This document shows positions 1-11,925 of a stretch of DNA of 44,707 bases, one piece after another; within the stretch, counting starts at the first letter, position 1; every line of letters begins with the position of its first letter. Below the pieces are notes generated by a model. The model did no database searches. It had not been told where the DNA came from and worked only from the letters and a program-made list of their open reading frames with translations. The stretch comes from Asterionella formosa. Taxonomy: Eukaryota. The position numbers and the translations under genes were made by a program. The stretch lies in contig NKIB01014332.1 of NCBI GenBank assembly GCA_002256025.1, forward strand, positions 1 to 44,707, written 5' to 3'.

Positions 1-1167
1 TTCGTCGTCTATTTGATTTTCGCCCTCGTCATTATCATCTGTCTCTTCGGTTTCAGTTCCCTCTCGAACCGGATGTTCACTTTGATGGAAATCACTTCCC
101 AACGACTTCTCTGTGCCTATCGGCATTTCTTCCACTTCGTCCAATAGTAGTATCCCGATAGGAGCTTCTGCTTGTCTCACAGAACCCTTGAAACGGTTCT
201 GAAAGTCTGGGAGAACAAAATGACGATCAAATGGTCTCTTGCCACTTCGTACTCGCTGTGCAAGTTTCATATCGCCGATAAAGTCCATTGAAACATACGA
301 AAGTTGTTCATATACGTCTCTCAGAATAAATTCCGAATCCATCAAGTTCCACTGCCGATAGGACATGTAATACTTCCATAAATTCACCAAGTGACGTCCA
401 CCAACAGGGATTCTTCTCAATCCTTCCATGATGACCCTATTGTTGACCATGGGAACCACATGGGTTGCAGACCATCCCAAATCAACCACACACGAGCACA
501 GGGTGGGTGTTTTGGCCGCTGCAAAAATGGCTGAAGAAGCGAAACCAACATGTCCGAAATGAAAATCTTCAAACCAAATACTATACATGGATTCCATTGT
601 GGATCGAGGACTGGATGGCGCCAGGAGCACAAGGACAGCCATCTGCTGTGGGTTATGCAACGGAGCATCCTTGGTGGTTTGACGATTGTTTTTCCAGCCA
701 AAGGCTTGAGATGCCTCACTATTAAATGGTACCTGAATTCTCATTAAGTCTAAGATACGTTTCCAAACTTGCACTTGATTGCCAAGATTGGTAATGTGTG
801 AGCGTTCCGTTGATCGTGTCAGATACTCGACTTGATTGGGTTGCGTCTTTGTAACTTCGTCGCCAATCATGATGGCCCACTGATGCCTGAGCTTGGCCGT
901 CAGATTAGGCATAATTTCTGGTTTATCAGCCGTGACAAGGCCGTATTTGAGAGAGTCGCCTCCATTGTCGATGACTAAAATGTGGGTGGGAGGTTGACTG
1001 GTGGAAGATATTGATTCTGTTGACTTTTTAGGAGAAACTCGCTTTCGTTTCTTCGATGTTGGTTCGTTTTCTCCTTCCTGGAAAATTGCTGATGCCGCTT
1101 CTCCTGCAGCGAATATACGAGAGAGAGCTTGGGCCCGTTTCGTCTTCGTCGCTTCGGAAGTCGTCAT
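1..1167 (-). CDS. ARP6: Actin-related protein 6 (SWR1 complex); 3' part runs off the window
   Basis: Manual translation of an open minus frame from ATG 1167 to the window edge: MTTSEA...PTSKKRKRVSPKK (NLS-like)...ILVIDNGGDSLKYG...CVVDLGWSATHVVP...LRRIPVGGRHLVNLWKYYMSYRQWNLMD...FVLPDF. These are actin-fold motifs; SYRQ and VLPDF are typical of ARP6. Absent from the ORF track because it has no stop within the window. Confidence 0.88.
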   Translation of the reverse strand, partial: MTTSEATKTKRAQALSRIFAAGEAASAIFQEGENEPTSKKRKRVSPKKSTESISSTSQPPTHILVIDNGGDSLKYGLVTADKPEIMPNLTAKLRHQWAIMIGDEVTKTQPNQVEYLTRSTERSHITNLGNQVQVWKRILDLMRIQVPFNSEASQAFGWKNNRQTTKDAPLHNPQQMAVLVLLAPSSPRSTMESMYSIWFEDFHFGHVGFASSAIFAAAKTPTLCSCVVDLGWSATHVVPMVNNRVIMEGLRRIPVGGRHLVNLWKYYMSYRQWNLMDSEFILRDVYEQLSYVSMDFIGDMKLAQRVRSGKRPFDRHFVLPDFQNRFKGSVRQAEAPIGILLLDEVEEMPIGTEKSLGSDFHQSEHPVREGTETEETDDNDEGENQIDDE

Positions 1168-1521
1168 TGTCAACAATTATTTGACTGCCTCGTCTATGCC
1201 TGTATTTTTTTACAGGTATTATATAAATCTTGAACAAATGATAAATATTGATGTAGCAAAACATGGTGCTAGTGGATTCTGGATTCCGTCCTCCGTACCT
1301 TCGTCTAGAATACTCCCTACCGGTACCTGGTACCAGGTACCGGTACTTACTTACCCCCCTGGTACCATACCCAATGCTGCATGAATACCGGTAGACACCA
1401 TGGCGGTATCCTTCGTTATTACCGGTATCATGCAACTGATATGGAGTGCCGGTACCGGTAGGCGTTTTGTAATGCCGCACCGCAAATCTGGTTTAGCTCA
1501 AATTCGTTATTGTAAGTAAGT

Positions 1522-2112
1522 ATGTTTGCTCTGAAGTTTTCCACGAAGATGATGTTTATGGCAAGGTGCAGCGACGCACTAAAGACTCGCTCGTTAAGGT
1601 GGATTCACTCGACAGGAATGATGAATCCAACAGCCGCAGAACGAGTGGAACGAGTATTGACTGCCAAGTTGAATTCTGGAAGGACCTACGATGAGATTGC
1701 TACTGCTATTGGTGTTACTAATACTTACGCTGCTCAGCTTATATTGGGACAAGCCAAGTTGACACCCCCTACTGCAATAAAGCTAAAGGAGATATTGCCG
1801 GCCATTTCGGATGAGGACCTGTTACACATGCAAAAGCATTTTCCACTTCGTGGATTTAATGATGATATTCTCAAAGATCCGCACGTGTACCGGACCTACG
1901 AAGCTGTGACCCACTATGGGGAAGCCATCAAGGGAATTATCAACGAGCAGTGCGGAGATGGAATCATGAGTGCCATTGATTTTTATTGCGATGTCGGTAC
2001 AACCACTGGCAAGCACGGGGAAAAGCGTGTGGTTATTACGTTCAATGGGAAATTTTTGCCATTCATTGAACAAAAGTCGCAGGACAATAGTGCCAAAAGT
2101 CCGAGAGACTGA
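1522..2112 (+). CDS. cynS: Cyanase (cyanate hydratase) with N-terminal organellar-type leader
   Basis: N-terminal HTH-like region (TYDEIATAIGVTNTYAAQL), catalytic-domain motifs DPHVYRTYE and GDGIMSAIDF, and C-terminal VVITFNGKFLP. Confidence 0.95.
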   Translation: MFALKFSTKMMFMARCSDALKTRSLRWIHSTGMMNPTAAERVERVLTAKLNSGRTYDEIATAIGVTNTYAAQLILGQAKLTPPTAIKLKEILPAISDEDLLHMQKHFPLRGFNDDILKDPHVYRTYEAVTHYGEAIKGIINEQCGDGIMSAIDFYCDVGTTTGKHGEKRVVITFNGKFLPFIEQKSQDNSAKSPRD

Positions 2113-2292
2113 GAGCGACGTGTGAATTGGATACCATATTTCAATGTAGTTTTGAAGAAGCGAAGAGAAGCTCAGCAAAAATCAATGCAAGGATGTATCT
2201 CCTCTGCCTGTGTAGTCAAAGTATTTCTATCCTCTCGTTGCATAGTTGGCCTAAATGGAGTATTAGAACTACGTGTTTCTCGCATGTTGGCT

Positions 2293-3432
2293 TTACATTG
2301 CTACCGTCACGGATGCCAAGGCAGTTTGACCTGGAACTCCCAAGGCCAAGAGCTTGCCAAACACCACAGCAAAATCCCTGAAAAAGAGTTCTTCATCTTG
2401 GGCATAAAGTTGAACGTACTTTTTGAATCCAGGATCCCAAAGGATGGCCATGTCGCTGTTCATTATGAAGTAAGTTGAAATGACGGGATGAATAAATAGG
2501 ATGACAAAAACTCGTCTTTATTTTCCCCAACTCACCTCGGTAGCATCATCAATGCGCCACTGGGATCTTCGTATTGATCCGGTCCGGTCCATGCCTCCCT
2601 ATCATGTAGCAACTTGGGTGTCCAAGTTTCTTCTACCAATAATCGAAAATACTCATTACTAAATGTCGTTTCACCAAAAGTCCATGGTCCCCAATACCCA
2701 CTTCGGTTCGTATGACATCTCCCCAGGGCATGCGCTCCCAACAATGCTACGATCTCACGATCGTTGAATCCCATGCGGTTAAAAATATCTCGTATATGTT
2801 GAATGGTATTTCGAGGAGAGCCCTTGTCGGCATCTGGAAGTCTCCCATCGGGTGGAGATGTCGCACCAGAATCAAAATCACTTCGACCCAACATGTAGGG
2901 AATTGTAGGACCACCTGCTTCTTCAATTGCAACAACTCCAGCCAAAGTGTAAATGTCTGCATAGGAGAGTGTGGGATACTTTTTCTTGATAGGTTCCAAT
3001 GCATCCCTCGCCACGAGCAATCCAGCGTTGGCACCCCAAATAGCTTCCGGGCTAAATCTCATACGAGCACCATTGGATCCACCTGTCGAGTCAACCGCGG
3101 AATATGATCCACTGCAATGCCACGCTAGACGGACAAATGTTCCAATTAAGGAGGTCCCATCATCACGTTGATCCATGTCAGTATCAATCAAACTAACAAT
3201 ATCGGTTTTTACCTTTTTAAGAAGATTGTTGGAGGGAGATGCAGCCTTGGCATGGGTCGTTTGTGTGTCGATTGCTACGGCGGCGATCGTGAAGGCTGCA
3301 GGTACCAGTCGCTGCGATAAGGTGAGTTGACATCATGGAACATGCACTTCAATTGCTGTTCCGTCCTTCTATCGATGATAGCACTGAACAAGCAACACTC
3401 ACCGCAGCAGTACATCTAGCAGCGTTTAACAT
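2293..3432 (-). CDS. CCP1: Cytochrome c peroxidase (class I heme peroxidase), 3 exons: 3432-3403, 3311-2536, 2455-2293; 322 aa
   Basis: Distal motif VRLAWH and proximal [29 protein letters not shown] is formed across the second splice. GT-AG introns at 3402-3312 and 2535-2456 keep frame (969 nt in total). N-terminus [14 protein letters not shown] resembles a mitochondrial presequence. Confidence 0.9.
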
Positions 3433-3607
3433 GGTGGCGCCTTATGTAGATTTTCTATGAGTACGGTAAAGGGGGGCAGGGGAGGAATCTGCAAGAATTG
3501 AAAAACTATCAGAGTTTGACATTAGCGGTAGTCAAATATATATATTTACCGGTAAACAATTTAAGGCTCAAAAGACTGGGAGGTATCTTTTGATCCAATT
3601 GCTCTGT

Positions 3608-3725
3608 GGTTAAGAAAATAGCATCGATGGCAATAACAAAGTCACAAGGACTGTGGACTCGACTATAGTCCAATGAGTCAGATGGTGCGTTCCGATGTCA
3701 AGAAGCTTCCTAACGAGATTGATTT
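3608..3725 (+). repeat. Putative 5' LTR fragment of a Ty1/Copia element
   Basis: Direct repeat of 7997-8113 with about 18 differences in about 115 nt by manual alignment; shared core GTCACAAGGACTGYGGACTCGACTATA. Confidence 0.7.
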
Positions 3726-3769
3726 TCAACAGTCAAGGAGATTAAGACAGACATTCAGGACTAATACAA

Positions 3770-4030
3770 TTTAAATGCCTGGGATGATGTCAAAACAACT
3801 AACAAGAACAAAAGCAATCAGGCATTCTACAGGAAAGGCAAGTTCAAAGGCCACTGTTGTAAGCATGGCAAGTATGGCCACAAGGCAGCAACTAACTGTC
3901 TCAGCAAGGGTAATAGTGCCAATAAGAAGGAGCTCACTCCTGAGCAGAAAGAAAAGAGGAAGACAATCAAGTGTTTCAAATGCCAATGCATGGGACACTA
4001 CAAAAGTGAGTGCACTACTACATCTAAGAT
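3770..4030 (+). pseudogene. Copia gag remnant with zinc knuckles
   Basis: Translates to GKFKGHCCKHGKYGHKAATNC (degenerate knuckle) and KTIKCFKCQCMGHYKSEC (intact CX2CX4HX4C). Confidence 0.75.
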
Positions 4031-7000
4031 GCCATTTATGGCACTTTATCGAAATTATGTCTAAAGTGAAGTATTTTTGTTACTTTTCCAAACTATAATG
4101 CCACTTTTTTCGGAATTTATCTGGAACAAAAAACAATTTATATGTACTAAAACAAAAAATTTATATGTACTAAAACAAAATTTATTTCACTTATTGAATA
4201 ATTATGTGTTCAAACCAAAAATTCTGTGTGTCAGCAACAATAGTTTTTTACAAACTAGCTATCACAATTGTATAACGAAATTTTTTTGTTGCTCAGTGGC
4301 TATATTATGCTGGTCTCACCACATAATTAAATAGCAAGTCACAAATTCAATTCTATTATTATTTTTACACTTATAAATTGTTTGAATATAAAGTTCAAAA
4401 AAACAACACATTTGTCTGTGCTGACCTGTATTGATGACTTCACAAATTGCCGGTACCATCAATCAATTCTCAGTTGGCTGATAAATAACTTTTCTCATAT
4501 TTTCTTCAACTAGTCATGTTATTGTTATAGTCGTCGTCATATTCGTTGTAGTAGAGCTAGTTTTAAGTTTCGGTTCATAACATTATCATTTTGAATTTTG
4601 CCCCCCTAAATAACATGAAAAATGGGCCATCGGCGACTTCAATTTTCGTCGGCAATATTAGTTAATTATAATAATCCTTTTACGATTGTATTGTCTACGT
4701 CGTGCTTGATAAATGTTCGGAATGGGCAATCGCTGTTCTCAATTTTCGTAGAGATTTCCGCTATTTTCGACATGGTTAAGGCTGAAACGACATGATGCAG
4801 GATGCTCCAACAACCTATCACATCGACAACACTCTAGTGTTTTGTATATGTAAAAGAATCGCTTAATCTCAGCTATCAAATACTACTGTAGCGCTTACAA
4901 GGGATACCTCGCTCGGGTACTGGTACCTGGTACCCCGAGCATAAATCCAGTCATACCTATTTAATTTTTTGTATCTATGTTACTGGTAGTTGAAGGGTCA
5001 TAAATTCGTGGTCCTCATGGTAGACTCGTACAACACTGCAGCCAGACCGCGCCAGTATTTTAATTTATAATATTTTTGTACATTCTATTACCAAATGAGC
5101 ACAGCTGTGTCCACGCCCATTTTTATTTAGTTAAGTATGCATTCCATCAATAGCATCATCCTTGCAGCACATAATTGAAAAATCACGCCAAAAGGAATAT
5201 CGACAATGACAAGGATGGCCTCTGGGTGGTAAGTTTGACGCAATGGTTCTTCTTTCTGGCCTTCTTCTTCTCACACCCATACATCCTTTGTTATTTATAG
5301 ACACTCAGAGACTGAATATTCAATATTAAATCAAGAATGGGGGTCGTTGCGTATTGTCGGCGCAGTTTTGGTATGGTGTTTTTGTTTATTTTCTTGCCTT
5401 TGGTCCATGTTCTCAGTGAGCTTCTACATCTCACACTTCTACCTCAATCCTTAACTGCATCCATTTATGAATGCATTTTCAAGATTCAGATACCATTCAG
5501 TGATGAGTCACACATTTGATAGCGTATCTAGCTGGCACATCAATGAATAAGTAAATGAAAGGTAATGATGATGAATGCAAGAATGTTGATTCAGATAGCT
5601 AATGCAATAATTTCTGATTTTTAAGTTTCACTTTTATTCCCCACTCTAACTATTCTCAGATACTACCACATCCAAACCATTATTGCTTGCTTCTTAGTCG
5701 CATTGATCGTTTCAATCAAGAGGAGCTGATTAACTGAGAGTGCTGCGGTTGTCAGGAAGAAATGAAATGAATACTACCCAAATACAAGCTAGGATTTTGC
5801 AAAATTTCGCCGTTTCTCTATTGCCTTTCTTTGCTGTAGTGCCAGCATGATTGATGCATTGCTAGGAATAAAATTGATTGTACACACTTTAGTCTATTTA
5901 AAACTATTTAGCAACTGATTGTATTTGGTTTGATTCCATTTTTATCTAGAAAATACGTGATTGTTGGGAAAAATATTTGTGGTCATTGATACAGAAATTA
6001 TGTGATCAGACATAAAAAAATTGTTAGTTTGCCCCAAACTTTATATGGGTTTATAAAAAATTTATAGAAGTTGTTGAAACTATTTTAGTTCACTCCTGCC
6101 CTATCACGTATATTTTATGATGCATCACATTTTATATTTTATGTCATACCCTTAAATTATTTTGTAGCCCAATTTATCATAGTGGGCCAGCACCAAAATT
6201 ATTTATTTGGGTGATCTATTTGACTAGCTTTTTTCTGGCAGCTGGCTGTGCCAACAATCGGCGTTGTAGATGTAGTAATAGCTAGTGCATCTAAGAAAAT
6301 TAAAAACGACGAGAGCAATACCACTACACCTGGGCAAAAACCTACCCAGCAGCAACAAAGAAAAGTTCGTCGCCATGTGTGTCGAATTTAATTACAATGA
6401 GGAGGTCCGACCAGCCTTGCTTGTGACATCAAAAATCGCCTGTTATTCGACAGCAGTGTGACAGTCCACATCTGAGCACAGATGTGCACATGATGGAGGA
6501 CAAGAAAAATCATATATTCACTATTGATTTGGGAAAGTTTACTGGTACTTTAAATCAGGAGAGTAATTCCAAAGGGAACAGTGTCTATACTGTCTACTTC
6601 GACACAACACACAGTTCCATGTATGATGATGCGGATACAATTTTTTCCAGTAGCAATCCACTATAATGACAGCCACTCCCTCTATAAACAGTACCATCTG
6701 TAAAGCAGGTTCAACTAATAGCTACTCTGCCTACAGATCCGGGCAATCCAACTTGAGTGCCATGGTGCCCAACATGTTGTTGAACCATGATTTTTCAACT
6801 GCACTGGCAACTAGAAAACAATTTTTCTCAAACAACCAGTACTCTTCCATAAACAACTTTATCGATTTTAGATATGGAAGAACTGGTCTCTTGAGTGTGT
6901 TCCTTGAAAGATGGGATCTCATATGAATGAAGCTGTCGATATGCTCCTGTTTGGAATTTATTTGTTGTATAATGCAAGAGTCTCTGACAAAAGTCCACTC

Positions 7001-7584
7001 AGATCATGAATCGATATGTCATCCGTGGTTGTCTCCAGTAAAGAAAGCCGCAACATCGGATCTAGTGCTAGCATCTTGTCTAGGAGAGATTGCACTTGTT
7101 CAAAAAATCTGTTTCATTTTCTGTAATGGTTTTAGTGGTCTTACCTTCAATTTCCACTGCAGCATTGTTCGTCCGATTGACTTATCCTTTATGGATTTAC
7201 TCTCGGCGCCACATGATACTTTCATTTTGGTATCGAAAGGAATCTCGATATGTGATGGAGGAGGCATAATTGCGCCTGCCATCAACAATGCATTACGATC
7301 TTGCTGCTCACTGTCAATTTCCATCGAAGTGCCATGTGTTCCACTAGCGACTATAGCTGTAGTAATGGCGTTGTTTTTCGCCCAATGTCCCTCTTCTAGA
7401 ATAGACGTGAAATCGTTATCCTGTTCCTGTTGAGCTGCTTGAATGTTGTCTTTTTCATGGCATACCGGCGCTGGTACTCTTTTGCTGTTTCTTTTGCCCG
7501 TGCCCTTTTGGCGGTGAACACTTCATGCTGTGACACCAGCGCTAGTTCAACTTCGTCGCAATCATACTTAGATGCATTAATTGG

Positions 7585-7996
7585 CACTATTGGCGGTGCG
7601 TTAATCAGCTGGCAATCAAAAGGCCAACCATCAGTCATGCTGCCAAGTACAGAAGCAGAATATTTCGTGATGTCACAATGTGCAGAGGAAGTTAAATTTG
7701 TTGTAACAAGTGGTTAAAATATCCAACCATGCATTTTACATGAGGATAATACTGGAGCTATTTTTACAGCGAAGAATCAACAGATAGTAACATGAATGAA
7801 GCATATCGATATTAAGTTTCACCACATCAAGAACATGATAGATGAGGGTGAGTTATGTATTGTTTTTATACAATCAAAAAACAAACCCAGCAGACATTAT
7901 GACCAAGAATGTCAAAGAGTAGATTTATACAAGGTTATCTGGACCTGTATTGAGTGGCACTATTTTGGAGCTTCTTGGACATGACAATGAGGAGGA
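7585..7996 (+). pseudogene. Copia RNase H remnant followed by a polypurine tract
   Basis: GGALISWQSKGQPSVMLPSTEAEY, EDNTGAIF, KHIDIKFHHIK and ADIMTKN, with stops and frameshifts. Purine run GAGGAGGA at 7989-7996 lies directly before TG. Confidence 0.85.
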
Positions 7997-8340
7997 TGTC
8001 AAGAATGTAACATTGATGGCTGTAACAAGTCACAAGGACTGCGGACTCGACTATAATCCAATGATTCAAATGGTGTGTTCCTGTGTCAAGAAGCTTGCTA
8101 ACCAGATTGATGCTTTAGATCAATCTGACAAAGGTTTGCATCAGCGAAAAGGGAAGACAAAGAACAGGTTCTCAAAGTGTGATGAATGGGATTGAAATAA
8201 GGTTGTGTTTTAAGCTTATAATTAAGAAACAGTGAGAATTGACAGAGTAAGGTCAATAGCGAAAACTAGCAGAAATACTAGCAGCTAAAGATAACATTAC
8301 TAGTAGTACAACAGGTAAGACAAATGTAAGAGGATAACTG
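7997..8340 (+). repeat. Putative 3' LTR of the Copia element (right end approximate)
   Basis: Starts with TG immediately after the PPT; the first ~115 nt repeat 3608-3725. Confidence 0.6.
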
Positions 8341-8906
8341 TCAGATGGGAAGGAGTACACATGACCTTTTAACTTCGCTCATATGTATCAATGCTGTAAT
8401 TTTCTTATCATGTACAAAAATATACTGGCATAATGTGATAAATTTTGGTGAGGATGGTGACTTCTTGCTTGCCATTGAACCTCCATATCAACTTCGACAA
8501 GAATCGAGGGGGGTGAAGTGGAGATGATGAGACAGCTGGCAACATGAACAAGGAAAGCATCATGAAAAAGATAAACAGCAGGAATACTATTGATGAAATG
8601 AGTTTGAACATTAGCCATTGTCCAGGTGTTGTTTCTTTTATTCACTTCAGAATCTACCAGACAATCTTTTAAAAGCCACCAGAAATAATAGTAACATCTA
8701 ATAGCAGCAGATTCATGGACCTAGAACTACTTTTTTGCGTGAAAATACCAACATAACATGACACTTGTTTGGGTAAATCCCAAGAGTGGAAGGCAGAAAA
8801 GAAAGGTGATTCGTTCGAGCTTGCTCTTATATCCACGTCACTCGGAGTTGATGGTAAGAGGCCAATAATAGATTCAGAATGAATACATTTGCTGGAAACG
8901 CGAAAA

Positions 8907-9731
8907 TTAAAGTTCGCAGCCAGCGGCATGAATCATCCCCCATACACCAGCAGGAACCCCCTGCGGTTGCATGAACATTTCTCTCTGCAACAAATTCAAA
9001 ACGAAGGGAGGAGCTAGGGGACTTTGGTTCATCATGAGATTTTCAATTTTGTGCTCAATGATCTTGCCAGACACCGGGTCCAGTCGATACATGCTGATTC
9101 CGTCCAGGTATAAGGGGCGACCCATCATCTTCGGTTCCAGTACCACGTTCCAACTGATACGAATCGAAGAGCGACAAAAATCATAAACCATCCGAATCTG
9201 AATCCGTGAACGACCTTGGCTATAAAACAACTTGGTTAAGGTCTGCAAAAAAGCAAAACTGGCCTTGTAATTCTTCAAGCCAGTGAGTTGCACTCCAGAG
9301 GGATCAAGAACGCTGATATCGTCATGAAATATGGAAAAGTCTGCGACAAGAGTAACGATAAGGGTGAGGATTTATGCTCTTTTTGTCAAGATTCATCGTC
9401 GAGATTCACTGCTTCAATATAGCCGTGAGTTGAACTACCTCGTACCTGGTTGTTGAAACAACATCAAAGGGTAGTCTTTCCGTAGAACATCCATAGCCCT
9501 TCCTAGATTCATCTGAAAATCGGCTCGTTCATCTGCAATATTCCGCAAGAGAGGTGGAAGGTCGCAGGTCGTAGAACTTTCCTGCACCGAAGTGGTTGTT
9601 GGTACATCAAGCAACGACGAACGCAGAGAGAAAGCAACGTCCAACCGATGTGTCCTTGGACCCATGGAATTTTCTTGGAAGGCACCTACAGCTCCAAGAG
9701 ACAGGGTGGACAGAATGGTAAGAGACCTCAT
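8907..9731 (-). CDS. DUF2358 / NTF2-like protein, predicted plastid-targeted, 2 exons: 9731-9446, 9340-8907; 239 aa
   Basis: A GT-AG intron at 9445-9341 joins LRKDYPLMLFQQP to DFSIFHDDISVLDPSGVQLTGLKNYK; later DGISMYRLDPVSGKIIEHKIEN. Leader MRSLTILSTLSLGAVGA|FQ fits a signal peptide with +1 Phe. Confidence 0.8.
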
Positions 9732-10521
9732 AGTCGAAGGAAACACAACAAAACACTTCTTGGTTTGTCGAAAGTGATGGGTGGGTTTGTTTTATGCGAT
9801 TGCAAATTATTTTATCGATTTTGCTACCGGTAGACATGTATGTAAGCATGTATGTACACGGTCGTATATACAAGACTTTCTTACGACTGATTGCAAGAAA
9901 GGACAGAAACGCACGCAGAAACATCGTCAGCGTGCGTTTATAGTTAGCTACAAAAATACATCTGTGTGTAGATTTGGTATGTATGGCTGAACCATTGAAT
10001 TCATTGAATTGGTGGTCAATGATGATGGTTGCTGGTTTTGTTATTGTTGGCGTATGTTTTCTCAGCACGCACTGCCGAAGTTGAAATTTCAATGACGGCA
10101 AATCCAAATCGTACCCCGGATGTGAGACACCAGCGGCTAGTGTGCATGTAAATACCGGTATGCACCACATCTTCGCAAGATATGGAATCAGGAATCTCTT
10201 GTGTTTCAGTCTGACTCTACCACGGGCAATAATCCATACTGTGTATAAATACCGGTATATGTACTTGTGATTCCTGTTCTAGATCAAGCCCAACAACTGT
10301 CAGGTTCCTCTGGTCGATTTGTCATACCGGTAGTCATTTGAGTAATGATGATTGTCAGACAGGTTGTATAATTGAAGTGCACATTGCTATTATTTTTGCT
10401 GAGTCTGATGCACATGTTTGGAGAAACATGAAAAATTGGCCAACTGTTTTGCCGTTACTGAGATATATTTGTGAAATGTATCTCTGTTTGAAGATTAATT
10501 TTTTCTGAAGATACAATAAAA

Positions 10522-10627
10522 AAGGAAAAGGAAATTTTGTCCCCATAAACCTAACCCCTAACCCTTATCTTCAGATGCTAGCTAGGAAGAGCCTACTAGG
10601 GTTAGGGGGACGAAATATCATTTTCCT
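10522..10627. repeat. Imperfect inverted repeat enclosing short CCTAAC / GGTTAG tracts
   Basis: AGGAAAAGGAAATTTTGTCCCCATAA pairs with the reverse complement of TTAGGGGGACGAAATATCATTTTCCT (4 mismatches). Confidence 0.65.
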
Positions 10628-11470
10628 AAAAAAAAATAAAAAAAAATTTGCATTGCTTTTAAGATCCCTTAAGATTACTGGGAGTTTATGGAAACTCCGA
10701 AGTACAAAAAGTCACATACAAAAACTTCGTTTTCTTTAAAATTGACCTCACATCACATTTTTCAAAAAAGACCGCAAAAGAATGCAAAGTTCTCAAAAGT
10801 TCGCAAAAAGACCACAGAAAAATATCGCATATCCGGGTTTCCCGTTCTTTTGTGGTCTTTTTGCAAACTTCGCATTATTTTGCTGTCTTTTCGTTCGAAC
10901 TCTCTCAATGTGATACTGACAGGTATATATGATATCCTGCTGTGTATTGGAACCGATGTTCATATTGCCCCTGGATGTTTCATACCAAATCAGAGCTCAA
11001 ACTCGCTTTGACAAAATGATAGCTAGTCGGGCATACTTTTCGAGAAGTGCGCGAACTTCGCAAAACAAAGCGCAACTAGAATTTTAAACAGCAAGGTCTG
11101 TACATGATACACATAAGGAATCTTCCACATAGTGAGGAGGAAGTACGGAGTTTCCTGTACCTCCCTGCATTTGAAACCCTGGGCAGAAATTAAAATATTG
11201 CTTAGGGTTGCCAAAGTTCCCTGGAATTAAGAATTTATCAGCTATTTTGAATGAGGTGATTCCATTTGAAATATTTAAATCATTGGAAATTTGCAAGTAC
11301 GTACATAGATTCCTTTTCGAATTCGCTAAATATATATAAACATTCCACATCGCTCGATGTATATAGACCCTATAATACTATCAACACATATGTATCAGAC
11401 CATACAAGCTGGCAGCATGGAATGTATTATTGATGAGTATACCGGTAAGAAAACAGTATAACAATCACCC

Positions 11471-11925
11471 ATGAGCGAAATTACACATCACCATGACGAC
11501 AAGGTAGATCCATTCAGCTACAGTCATGAAACATGTTCAACATGTCAAGACCGGATGATTGAAGAGTCAGTGGATGTGGAGGAATGTGAAAATCGCATCT
11601 TCTGCAAATGCTGTGATTTTGTTTGCCCTGAATGTCAGCGCCGATGGGATGAAGTTGATGAGTTGCTAGAAAAGTTCTTTGAAGTTGAATCCTTTCTCAT
11701 CAGATTGAAGGATAAAGACATTACAGCATCAAGAGCCCGCAATTTCCTTTACAAGTTTTCAATGAGAATTTACTGTGGATCATTCTTGGGAAAAGTTGTT
11801 AGGATGGAACTTCCTGACTGTTGATTTAAGCAAGGGGGCTTGATCCCTATTGAAAAAAGGACCCAAACAAAGAGTACACTGGCTTCAAACCTGTTTCCAA
11901 ACGTTCTAAATCTACTAGTGATTAG
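11471..11925 (+). pseudogene. KolX-like (P2X7 C-terminal ballast-like) accessory protein, frameshifted near the C-terminus
   Basis: Cys-rich N-terminus (CSTC...ECENRIFCKCCDFVCPEC), then ARNFLYK...GSFLGKVVRMELPDC and, in another frame from 11860, DPNKEYTGFK. Matches the R..Y...G.LG...R..LP.C...Y.GFK pattern of this domain. Confidence 0.7.

Noticed and set aside
1001..1480. ORFs 1001..1384 (+) and 1028..1480 (-), and similar GTWYQVP-type ORFs at 21541-21799 and 30528-31082
   Set aside because: The shared peptide words are just translations of the TA-CC(W)GG-TA chains; these ORFs overlap real genes or their upstream regions.
10550..10609. True or interstitial telomere
   Set aside because: Only two to three imperfect hexamers per side, inside an inverted repeat.
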